From assembly GCF_011045215.1 (NCBI RefSeq), contig NZ_CP049201.1: a stretch of 64,000 nucleotides of DNA; one strand, written 5' to 3'. Under the pieces are notes generated by a model that was given only the letters and a program-made list of their open reading frames with translations, was not told where the DNA came from and did no database searches. Made by a program: the position numbers and the translations under genes. This document shows positions 53,619 through 64,000 of this stretch, one piece after another (positions within the stretch are counted from its first letter, which is position 1; every line of letters begins with the position of its first letter). This DNA is from Escherichia coli (GTDB lineage: Bacteria > Pseudomonadota > Gammaproteobacteria > Enterobacterales > Enterobacteriaceae).

Positions 53619-55136
53619 ATGTGCGGTATTGTCGGTATCGCCGGTGTTATGCCGGTTAACCAGTCGATTTATGATGCCTTAACGGTGCTTCAGCATCGCG
53701 GTCAGGATGCCGCCGGCATCATCACCATAGATGCCAATAACTGCTTCCGTTTGCGTAAAGCGAACGGGCTGGTGAGCGATGTATTTGAAGCTCGCCATAT
53801 GCAGCGTTTGCAGGGCAATATGGGCATTGGTCATGTGCGTTACCCCACGGCTGGCAGCTCCAGCGCCTCTGAAGCGCAGCCGTTTTACGTTAACTCCCCG
53901 TATGGCATTACGCTTGCCCACAACGGCAATCTGACCAACGCTCACGAGTTGCGTAAAAAACTGTTTGAAGAAAAACGCCGCCACATCAACACCACTTCCG
54001 ACTCGGAAATTCTGCTTAATATCTTCGCCAGCGAGCTGGACAACTTCCGCCACTACCCGCTGGAAGCCGACAACATTTTCGCCGCCATCGCTGCTACAAA
54101 CCGCTTAATCCGCGGCGCGTATGCCTGTGTGGCGATGATTATCGGCCACGGTATGGTTGCTTTCCGCGATCCAAACGGTATTCGTCCGCTGGTTCTGGGA
54201 AAACGTGATATTGACGAGAACCGCACAGAATATATGGTCGCTTCCGAAAGCGTAGCGCTCGATACGCTGGGCTTTGATTTCCTGCGTGATGTCGCGCCGG
54301 GCGAAGCGATTTACATCACTGAAGAAGGGCAGTTGTTTACCCGTCAATGTGCTGACAATCCGGTCAGCAATCCGTGCCTGTTTGAGTATGTATACTTTGC
54401 CCGCCCGGACTCGTTCATCGACAAAATTTCCGTTTACAGCGCGCGTGTGAATATGGGCACGAAACTGGGCGAGAAAATTGCCCGCGAATGGGAAGATCTG
54501 GATATCGACGTGGTGATCCCGATCCCGGAAACCTCGTGTGATATCGCGCTGGAAATTGCTCGTATTCTGGGCAAGCCGTACCGCCAGGGCTTCGTTAAAA
54601 ACCGCTATGTTGGCCGCACCTTCATCATGCCGGGCCAGCAGCTGCGTCGTAAGTCCGTGCGCCGTAAACTGAACGCCAACCGCGCCGAGTTCCGCGATAA
54701 AAACGTCCTGCTGGTCGACGATTCCATCGTCCGTGGCACCACTTCTGAGCAGATTATCGAGATGGCACGCGAAGCCGGAGCGAAGAAAGTGTACCTCGCT
54801 TCTGCGGCACCGGAAATTCGCTTCCCGAACGTTTATGGTATTGATATGCCGAGCGCCACGGAGCTTATCGCTCACGGTCGCGAAGTTGATGAAATTCGCC
54901 AGATCATCGGTGCTGACGGGTTGATTTTCCAGGATCTGAACGATCTGATCGACGCCGTTCGCGCTGAAAATCCGGATATCCAGCAGTTTGAATGCTCGGT
55001 GTTCAACGGCGTCTACGTCACCAAAGATGTTGATCAGGGCTACCTCGATTTCCTCGATACTTTACGTAATGACGACGCCAAAGCAGTGCAACGTCAGAAC
55101 GAAGTGGAAAATCTCGAAATGCATAACGAAGGATGA
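53619..55136 (+). CDS. purF: amidophosphoribosyltransferase
   Basis: 505 aa; N-terminal MCGIVGI (Ntn Cys) and PRPP-binding ..[13 protein letters not shown].. Confidence 0.95.
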
Positions 55137-55230
55137 TGCCTTCGCTGAGGGTGCCGGTCTGGCACCCTGACTTGCAACTCCCGCCGAAATCCTGCAAAGT
55201 CTGCCTGCAAGTCTGACAGGGCAACTATTT

Positions 55231-55800
55231 ATGAAACGACTCATTGTAGGCATCAGCGGTGCCAGCGGCGCGATTTATGGCGTGCGCTTATTACAGGTTC
55301 TGCGCGATGTCACAGATATCGAAACGCATCTGGTGATGAGCCAGGCAGCGCGCCAGACCTTATCCCTCGAAACGGATTTTTCTCTGCGCGAAGTGCAGGC
55401 ATTAGCCGATGTCACGCACGATGCGCGCGATATTGCCGCCAGCATCTCTTCCGGTTCTTTCCAGACGCTGGGGATGGTGATTTTACCCTGTTCAATCAAA
55501 ACCCTTTCCGGCATTGTCCATAGCTATACTGATGGCTTACTGACCCGTGCGGCAGATGTGGTGCTGAAAGAGCGTCGCCCGTTGGTGCTCTGCGTGCGTG
55601 AAACACCATTGCACTTAGGCCATCTGCGTTTAATGACTCAGGCGGCAGAAATCGGTGCGGTGATTATGCCTCCCGTTCCGGCGTTTTATCATCGCCCGCA
55701 ATCCCTTGATGATGTGATAAATCAGACGGTTAATCGTGTTCTTGACCAGTTTGCAATAACCCTTCCTGAAGATCTCTTTGCCCGCTGGCAGGGCGCATAA
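55231..55800 (+). CDS. ubiX: flavin prenyltransferase UbiX
   Basis: 189 aa; MKRLIVGISGASGAIYGVRLL flavoprotein fold. Confidence 0.92.
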   Translation: MKRLIVGISGASGAIYGVRLLQVLRDVTDIETHLVMSQAARQTLSLETDFSLREVQALADVTHDARDIAASISSGSFQTLGMVILPCSIKTLSGIVHSYTDGLLTRAADVVLKERRPLVLCVRETPLHLGHLRLMTQAAEIGAVIMPPVPAFYHRPQSLDDVINQTVNRVLDQFAITLPEDLFARWQGA

Positions 55801-55807
55801 CTCCGCT

Positions 55808-55835
55808 GTTGCCCTGTTTCAGGGCAATTTTGCAA
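55808..55835 (+). terminator. rho-independent terminator after ubiX
   Basis: ttgccctgtttcagggcaa followed by TTTTGC. Confidence 0.55.
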
Positions 55836-56065
55836 CCGCGATCAAATCCTCGACATTTTGTTTCTGCCATTCAATCGAAACGCTGCGATTCAACCGCTAT
55901 ACCTGTTATCTTCAACTTCAGGACAATAATGCAACGTCTTATTAACATATTTAACGTTGAATGTTACTGTTGTCGTCAAGATGGCATAAGACCTGCATGA
56001 AAGAGCCTGCAAACACACAACACAATACACAACATAAAAAAGCCATTTTCACTTGAGGGTTATGT

Positions 56066-56848
56066 ATGAAGAAGTCGATTCTCGCTCTGTCTTTGTTAGT
56101 CGGTCTCTCCGCAGCGGCTTCCAGCTATGCGGCGCTACCGGAGACGGTACGTATCGGAACCGATACCACCTATGCGCCGTTCTCGTCGAAAGATGCTAAA
56201 GGTGATTTTGTTGGCTTTGATATCGATCTCGGTAACGAGATGTGCAAACGGATGCAGGTGAAATGTACCTGGGTTGCCAGTGACTTTGACGCGCTGATCC
56301 CCTCACTGAAAGCGAAAAAAATCGACGCCATTATTTCGTCGCTCTCCATTACCGATAAACGTCAGCAGGAGATTGCTTTCTCCGACAAGTTGTACGCCGC
56401 AGATTCTCGTTTGATTGCCGCCAAAGGTTCGCCGATTCAGCCAACGCTGGATTCACTGAAAGGTAAACATGTTGGTGTGCTGCAGGGATCAACCCAGGAA
56501 GCTTACGCTAACGAGACCTGGCGTAGCAAAGGTGTGGATGTGGTGGCCTATGCCAACCAGGATTTGGTCTATTCCGATCTGGCTGCAGGACGTCTGGATG
56601 CGGCATTACAGGATGAAGTCGCCGCCAGCGAAGGATTCCTCAAGCAACCTGCTGGTAAAGACTTCGCCTTTGCTGGCTCATCAGTGAAAGACAAAAAATA
56701 CTTCGGTGATGGCACCGGTGTAGGGCTACGTAAAGATGATACTGAACTGACGGCTGCGTTTAATAAGGCGCTTGGAGAGCTGCGTCAGGACGGCACTTAC
56801 GACAAGATGGCGAAAAAGTATTTTGACTTTAATGTCTACGGTGACTGA
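56066..56848 (+). CDS. argT: lysine/arginine/ornithine-binding periplasmic protein
   Basis: 260 aa, signal peptide; paralogue of the downstream hisJ. Confidence 0.92.
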   Translation: MKKSILALSLLVGLSAAASSYAALPETVRIGTDTTYAPFSSKDAKGDFVGFDIDLGNEMCKRMQVKCTWVASDFDALIPSLKAKKIDAIISSLSITDKRQQEIAFSDKLYAADSRLIAAKGSPIQPTLDSLKGKHVGVLQGSTQEAYANETWRSKGVDVVAYANQDLVYSDLAAGRLDAALQDEVAASEGFLKQPAGKDFAFAGSSVKDKKYFGDGTGVGLRKDDTELTAAFNKALGELRQDGTYDKMAKKYFDFNVYGD

Positions 56849-57068
56849 TACGTCGCAGGGAAGCTGTGCCTGATGGAATGATCATCATGGTGCACGCCAG
56901 GTTTGTTGCACTATCGTGGTGCATTGAAATGCATACTTAAGCATTTTTAATGAAAAATAATACGCCTAACGGGGCGGGATATTTTGCCTTGATGGTCAAT
57001 TTTATGGCACGATAAGTGTAACAAACCTGTAAATATTCCCTATAAAAAGACTGTCAGTTGAGGACATT

Positions 57069-57851
57069 ATGAAAAAACTGGTGCTATCGCTCTCTCTGGT
57101 TCTGGCCTTCTCCAGCGCAACTGCGGCATTTGCTGCGATTCCGCAAAACATCCGCATCGGTACCGACCCGACCTATGCGCCATTTGAATCAAAAAATTCA
57201 CAAGGCGAACTGGTTGGCTTCGATATCGATCTGGCAAAGGAATTATGCAAACGCATCAATACGCAATGTACGTTTGTCGAAAATCCGCTGGATGCGTTAA
57301 TCCCGTCCTTAAAAGCGAAGAAGATTGACGCCATCATGTCATCGCTTTCCATTACGGAAAAACGTCAGCAAGAAATAGCCTTCACCGACAAACTGTACGC
57401 TGCCGATTCTCGTCTGGTGGTGGCGAAAAATTCCGACATTCAGCCGACAGTCGAGTCGCTGAAAGGCAAACGGGTAGGCGTATTGCAGGGCACCACTCAG
57501 GAGACGTTCGGTAATGAACATTGGGCACCAAAAGGCATTGAAATCGTCTCGTATCAGGGGCAGGACAACATTTATTCTGACCTGACTGCCGGACGTATTG
57601 ATGCCGCGTTCCAGGATGAGGTCGCTGCCAGCGAAGGTTTCCTCAAACAACCTGTCGGTAAAGATTACAAATTCGGTGGCCCGTCTGTTAAAGATGAAAA
57701 ACTGTTTGGCGTAGGGACCGGCATGGGCCTGCGTAAAGAAGATAACGAACTGCGCGAGGCACTGAACAAAGCCTTTGCCGAAATGCGCGCTGACGGTACT
57801 TACGAGAAATTAGCGAAAAAGTACTTCGATTTTGATGTTTATGGTGGTTAA
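57069..57851 (+). CDS. hisJ: histidine-binding periplasmic protein
   Basis: 260 aa, signal peptide; first gene of hisJQMP. Confidence 0.92.
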   Translation: MKKLVLSLSLVLAFSSATAAFAAIPQNIRIGTDPTYAPFESKNSQGELVGFDIDLAKELCKRINTQCTFVENPLDALIPSLKAKKIDAIMSSLSITEKRQQEIAFTDKLYAADSRLVVAKNSDIQPTVESLKGKRVGVLQGTTQETFGNEHWAPKGIEIVSYQGQDNIYSDLTAGRIDAAFQDEVAASEGFLKQPVGKDYKFGGPSVKDEKLFGVGTGMGLRKEDNELREALNKAFAEMRADGTYEKLAKKYFDFDVYGG

Positions 57852-57940
57852 TCGCCATCGGTGAAAGAAAGCCCGCTCCCTTCGGGTAACCGGAGGGAGA
57901 CAAGAGGCGGTAATTCACCACACACGACAGGACAGGCAGC

Positions 57941-58627
57941 ATGTTGTATGGGTTTTCAGGTGTTATTTTACAGGGTGCGCTCGTCACGCTGGAGCTGGCT
58001 ATCAGCTCTGTAGTGCTCGCTGTAATCATCGGTTTAATTGGCGCTGGCGGTAAGCTCTCGCAAAATCGGCTTTCGGGGCTGATTTTCGAAGGGTACACCA
58101 CGCTGATTCGTGGCGTGCCGGACTTAGTGTTGATGCTGCTGATTTTCTACGGTTTGCAGATTGCACTAAACACGGTGACGGAGGCGATGGGCGTCGGGCA
58201 GATTGATATCGATCCGATGGTCGCTGGTATTATCACTCTCGGTTTTATCTACGGTGCTTATTTTACCGAAACGTTCCGTGGTGCTTTTATGGCAGTGCCG
58301 AAAGGACATATAGAGGCGGCGACGGCGTTCGGTTTTACTCGTGGGCAAGTGTTTCGGCGGATCATGTTTCCGGCGATGATGCGTTACGCCCTGCCAGGCA
58401 TTGGCAACAACTGGCAGGTGATCCTCAAATCTACCGCACTGGTTTCGTTACTCGGCCTGGAAGATGTGGTCAAAGCCACGCAGCTGGCAGGCAAAAGTAC
58501 CTGGGAGCCGTTCTATTTCGCCATAGTCTGTGGCGTGATTTACCTGGTTTTCACCACCGTTTCCAATGGTGTGCTGCTGTTCCTTGAGCGCCGCTACTCC
58601 GTGGGTGTGAAGAGGGCTGACCTGTGA
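57941..58627 (+). CDS. hisQ: histidine ABC transporter permease
   Basis: 228 aa polytopic membrane protein. Confidence 0.92.
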   Translation: MLYGFSGVILQGALVTLELAISSVVLAVIIGLIGAGGKLSQNRLSGLIFEGYTTLIRGVPDLVLMLLIFYGLQIALNTVTEAMGVGQIDIDPMVAGIITLGFIYGAYFTETFRGAFMAVPKGHIEAATAFGFTRGQVFRRIMFPAMMRYALPGIGNNWQVILKSTALVSLLGLEDVVKATQLAGKSTWEPFYFAIVCGVIYLVFTTVSNGVLLFLERRYSVGVKRADL

Positions 58628-59340
58628 TCGAAATCTTACATGAATACTGGAAACCGCTGCTGTGGACCGACGGTTATCGCTTTACCGGTGTGGCGATCAC
58701 TCTGTGGCTGCTTATTTTGTCGGTAGTGATAGGCGGAGTCCTGGCGCTGTTTCTGGCGATTGGTCGTGTCTCCAGTAATAAATACATCCAGTTTCCAATC
58801 TGGTTATTTACCTATATTTTTCGCGGTACGCCGCTGTATGTTCAGTTGCTGGTGTTCTATTCCGGCATGTATACGCTGGAAATTGTTAAGGGGACCGAGT
58901 TTCTTAACGCCTTTTTCCGTAGTGGCCTGAACTGTACCGTGCTGGCGCTGACGCTTAACACCTGCGCTTACACTACCGAGATTTTTGCTGGGGCAATCCG
59001 TTCGGTTCCGCATGGGGAAATTGAAGCCGCCAGAGCCTATGGCTTCTCGACTTTTAAAATGTATCGCTGCATTATTTTGCCTTCTGCGCTGCGTATTGCG
59101 TTACCGGCATACAGCAACGAAGTGATCCTGATGCTGCACTCTACTGCGTTGGCATTTACTGCCACGGTGCCGGATCTGCTGAAAATAGCCCGCGATATTA
59201 ACGCCGCCACGTATCAACCTTTTACCGCCTTCGGCATTGCCGCGGTGCTCTATTTAATCATCTCTTATGTCCTGATCAGCCTCTTTCGCAGAGCGGAAAA
59301 ACGCTGGTTGCAGCATGTGAAACCTTCTTCAACGCACTGA
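58624..59340 (+). CDS. hisM: histidine ABC transporter permease
   Basis: 238 aa; start overlaps the hisQ stop. Confidence 0.92.
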   Translation: MIEILHEYWKPLLWTDGYRFTGVAITLWLLILSVVIGGVLALFLAIGRVSSNKYIQFPIWLFTYIFRGTPLYVQLLVFYSGMYTLEIVKGTEFLNAFFRSGLNCTVLALTLNTCAYTTEIFAGAIRSVPHGEIEAARAYGFSTFKMYRCIILPSALRIALPAYSNEVILMLHSTALAFTATVPDLLKIARDINAATYQPFTAFGIAAVLYLIISYVLISLFRRAEKRWLQHVKPSSTH

Positions 59341-59347
59341 GAATACG

Positions 59348-60121
59348 ATGTCCGAGAATAAATTAAACGTTATCGATTTGCACAAACGCTATGGCGAACA
59401 CGAAGTGCTGAAAGGGGTGTCACTGCAAGCGAATGCCGGAGATGTAATAAGCATCATCGGATCGTCGGGATCGGGGAAAAGTACCTTTCTGCGCTGCATT
59501 AACTTCCTCGAAAAACCGAGTGAAGGGGCGATCGTGGTCAATGGCCAGACGATCAATCTGGTGCGCGACAAAGACGGTCAACTCAAAGTCGCCGATAAAA
59601 ATCAACTGCGCTTACTGCGCACACGCCTGACGATGGTATTCCAGCACTTCAATCTCTGGAGCCATATGACGGTGCTGGAAAACGTCATGGAAGCGCCGAT
59701 TCAGGTGTTGGGCCTGAGCAAGCAGGAAGCGCGCGAGCGGGCGGTGAAGTATCTGGCAAAAGTCGGGATAGACGAACGTGCACAGGGGAAATATCCGGTG
59801 CATCTTTCCGGCGGTCAGCAACAGCGTGTTTCTATCGCGCGGGCGCTGGCGATGGAACCGGAAGTTTTACTGTTTGATGAACCTACCTCGGCGCTCGATC
59901 CTGAACTGGTAGGCGAAGTGTTGCGCATTATGCAGCAACTGGCAGAAGAGGGGAAAACCATGGTGGTAGTGACTCACGAAATGGGCTTTGCTCGTCATGT
60001 TTCTACTCACGTCATTTTCCTCCATCAGGGGAAAATAGAGGAAGAAGGCGCGCCGGAGCAGTTATTTGGCAACCCGCAAAGCCCTCGTCTGCAACAGTTC
60101 CTTAAAGGTTCGCTGAAATAA
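59348..60121 (+). CDS. hisP: histidine ABC transporter ATP-binding protein
   Basis: 257 aa; Walker [10 protein letters not shown], signature LSGGQQQR, Walker [12 protein letters not shown]. Confidence 0.95.
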   Translation: MSENKLNVIDLHKRYGEHEVLKGVSLQANAGDVISIIGSSGSGKSTFLRCINFLEKPSEGAIVVNGQTINLVRDKDGQLKVADKNQLRLLRTRLTMVFQHFNLWSHMTVLENVMEAPIQVLGLSKQEARERAVKYLAKVGIDERAQGKYPVHLSGGQQQRVSIARALAMEPEVLLFDEPTSALDPELVGEVLRIMQQLAEEGKTMVVVTHEMGFARHVSTHVIFLHQGKIEEEGAPEQLFGNPQSPRLQQFLKGSLK

Positions 60122-60317
60122 TTGCCTCTCCGGTGGCTAACGCTGCCGGAGTATTTTCAAGGGGAATTTGCGAGTCAGCTTCCGCTGAAATGTAAAAGTT
60201 GCAGTCCGCTAAAAATACTTCTGAATTCGCTGTCCAAAGATAAAAACTGCCTGCTGCATTGGGTGTTAATCGTGGTTATTGTCGCGTCATCTTAAATTTG
60301 AGGGGTGACGGAACGCC

Positions 60318-61220
60318 ATGACAATATCGACAACTTCCACGCCGCATGATGCGGTATTTAAATCTTTTTTACGCCATCCAGACACCGCGCGGGATTTTAT
60401 TGATATTCATCTTCCTGCGCCGCTGCGCAAACTGTGTGATTTAACGACGCTTAAACTGGAACCAAACAGTTTTATTGATGAAGACCTGCGGCAATATTAT
60501 TCCGACCTCTTGTGGTCTGTGAAAACGCAGGAGGGAGTGGGTTATATTTATGTAGTGATAGAGCACCAAAGTAAGCCGGAAGAATTAATGGCTTTTCGCA
60601 TGATGCGTTATTCCATTGCGGCAATGCAAAACCATCTTGATGCGGGCTATAAAGAGCTTCCATTGGTGATCCCGATGCTGTTTTATCATGGTTGCAGAAG
60701 TCCTTATCCTTATTCACTCTGCTGGCTTGATGAATTTGCCGAGCCTGCGATTGCCCGTAAAATATATTCATCGGCTTTTCCGTTGGTGGATATTACCGTG
60801 GTGCCGGATGACGAGATTATGCAACATCGCAAAATGGCGCTGTTGGAGTTAATTCAGAAACATATTCGTCAGCGCGATCTGTTGGGATTAGTCGACCAAA
60901 TTGTTTCGCTGCTAGTTACAGGGAACACTAATGACAGACAGCTAAAAGCCCTGTTTAATTATGTATTACAAACGGGAGATGCCCAGCGTTTCCGTGCATT
61001 TATTGGTGAGATAGCAGAACGCGCACCACAGGAAAAGGAGAAACTGATGACCATTGCTGACAGATTACGTGAAGAAGGGCGGAATGATGGATTAATTCTT
61101 GGCAAACGCGAAGAAGCCCTGCGTATTGCTCAGGAGATGCTGGATAGAGGTTTAGACCGAGAGTTAGTTATGATGGTGACCCGACTTTCACCAGACGATC
61201 TTATCGCGCAAAGCCACTAA
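60318..61220 (+). CDS. yfcI: Rpn-family recombination-promoting nuclease (transposase_31 / YhgA-like)
   Basis: 300 aa; N-terminal HDAVFKSFL motif typical of Rpn/YhgA proteins; position after hisP. Confidence 0.8.
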   Translation: MTISTTSTPHDAVFKSFLRHPDTARDFIDIHLPAPLRKLCDLTTLKLEPNSFIDEDLRQYYSDLLWSVKTQEGVGYIYVVIEHQSKPEELMAFRMMRYSIAAMQNHLDAGYKELPLVIPMLFYHGCRSPYPYSLCWLDEFAEPAIARKIYSSAFPLVDITVVPDDEIMQHRKMALLELIQKHIRQRDLLGLVDQIVSLLVTGNTNDRQLKALFNYVLQTGDAQRFRAFIGEIAERAPQEKEKLMTIADRLREEGRNDGLILGKREEALRIAQEMLDRGLDRELVMMVTRLSPDDLIAQSH

Positions 61221-61267
61221 CCCTGTAACACCGGGAGTTAACTGGCGGATGTTTGCAGTAAACCACA

Positions 61268-62161
61268 TCAGCGAACGACATCCGCCAGCGCCTCTTCTAA
61301 ATCGTACCAACGAAACGCAAAACCCGCTTCTTCCAGCCGTTTAGGCAGCGCGCGTTGTCCACCTAATACCAGTACTGAAGATTCGCCCATTAACAGCCGA
61401 ATGGCGGTTGCGGGGACGCGCAAAATAGCCGGGCGATGCAGCGCATGACCGAGCGCATGGGCAAATTGTTCATGGCGTATCGGGTAGGGCGAAACCATAT
61501 TAAATGGCCCGCGCAGCTCGTTATCCAGCAGCCAGAGAATGCCGTTGACCATATCATCGATATGAATCCAGGCCAGATACTGCCGACCGGAACCAATCGG
61601 CCCGCCCAGGCCAAGACGAAACGGCGGCAGCATTTTACCGAGAATACCGCCATCCGGTGCCAGCACTACGCCGGTACGCAGCAGGCACACTCGCGTTTTG
61701 TCACTTTGCGCCCGGCAGGCAATTTCTTCCCAGCGGGCGCAGAGTTTATGGGTAAATTCGTTATGCGGCGGTTCCTCTTCGGTAACCACCACTTCACCTA
61801 AGTCGCCATAATAGCCCGTTGCCGAGCCGGAAATGAGTACCGACGGTGGCGTGTCGCTGGCATTAATCAAATCGACCAGTTTTTGCGTGATATTCCAGCG
61901 GCTTTGGCAGAGACGCTCTTTTTGCTCGTGAGTCCAGCGTTTATCAGCAATCGGTTCTCCGGCGAGGTTGATTACCGCATCAACGCCGTTGAGGTTGCTT
62001 TGATCGGCAAGCCCTTGCCATAGCGTCACCTGCGGCCCGAGCACGGAACTGGCTTTCTGCGGGTTACGCGTCACTACCGTGATTTTATGGCCCAGATCCA
62101 GCAAACGCGGAATCAAATGGCGACCAATTAATCCCGTCCCTCCGGTGATCACTATGTTCAT
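61268..62161 (-). CDS. yfcH: NAD-dependent epimerase/dehydratase family protein
   Basis: 297 aa; Rossmann N-terminus [16 protein letters not shown]. Confidence 0.88.
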   Translation of the reverse strand: MNIVITGGTGLIGRHLIPRLLDLGHKITVVTRNPQKASSVLGPQVTLWQGLADQSNLNGVDAVINLAGEPIADKRWTHEQKERLCQSRWNITQKLVDLINASDTPPSVLISGSATGYYGDLGEVVVTEEEPPHNEFTHKLCARWEEIACRAQSDKTRVCLLRTGVVLAPDGGILGKMLPPFRLGLGGPIGSGRQYLAWIHIDDMVNGILWLLDNELRGPFNMVSPYPIRHEQFAHALGHALHRPAILRVPATAIRLLMGESSVLVLGGQRALPKRLEEAGFAFRWYDLEEALADVVR

Positions 62162-62181
62162 GCAGCCTCCCGATATGGCGG

Positions 62182-62544
62182 TTAACGCTGCCAGCTTAAG
62201 GTCATGGATACCGAATCGGCGTAGCGCAGCGCGTGCAGTTTATCGATCTCCACTTCAGCATACGTCACCCAGTGATGTTCACGTGCGATATCGAGCACAT
62301 CCTGAGTTAATTTTTCCAGCAAAGAGAAACGGTTATTCTCTACATGCTGAATAATGTTTTTCGTTACGGTGCGATAATTCAGCGCATCGTTGATATCTTC
62401 GCTGGTGCGCGCTTTATCGGCGGGGTAGTGGATCGTCACATTGATAACAATATCCTGACGGTTGTTAATTTCTTCTTCCTTAATTCCGATAAACGTACGC
62501 AAACGAAGGTTCTTTATACGAATAATAGCGGCAGGTTGTGCCAT
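62182..62544 (-). CDS. folX: dihydroneopterin triphosphate 2'-epimerase
   Basis: 120 aa; FolB/FolX fold; conserved position. Confidence 0.88.
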
Positions 62545-62600
62545 TGCAGGTTCTCCGTTGTTTTACTTAGGATGAAATAATACACGAGAACCTGTTTCTG

Positions 62601-64000
<1,400 letters not shown>

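Overview
The window reads as an Escherichia coli-type chromosomal segment (aroC-mepA-yfcA-epmC-yfcL, mnmC, fabB, yfcJ, flk ... pdxB-usg-truA-dedA-accD-folC-dedD-cvpA-purF-ubiX-argT-hisJQMP-yfcI-yfcH-folX-yfcG-yfcF) interrupted between flk and pdxB by a roughly 36.8 kb P2-like prophage (about 9204..46008). All calls rest on reading the six-frame translations and the raw sequence against remembered protein families; no database search or computation was run. The prophage is flanked by a 20-bp direct repeat and has displaced the native start of pdxB. It carries a near-complete P2-type gene set (int, C, cox, A, Q, P, O, N, M, L, X, lysis genes, R, S, V, W, J, I, H, G, FI, FII, E/E', T, U, D, ogr) plus four accessory modules: (1) a Gin/Pin-type serine invertase with an invertible tail-fibre segment bounded by gix-like sites; (2) a Mu com-like zinc-finger gene overlapping a DPPY amino-methyltransferase, preceded by three clustered GATC sites; (3) a ParM/ParR-like actin-type partition cassette directly downstream of replication gene A; (4) a strongly AT-rich two-gene membrane-protein cassette in the Q-to-A accessory position (equivalent to P2 tin/old), preceded by a short uORF and hairpin. 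The last is the best candidate for an undescribed system, most plausibly superinfection exclusion or defence, but its function cannot be assigned from sequence. The FI-FII-E-T-U tail module lies on the opposite strand to D/ogr and the other late genes, unlike canonical P2. No rRNA, tRNA, CRISPR array or IS element was recognised.
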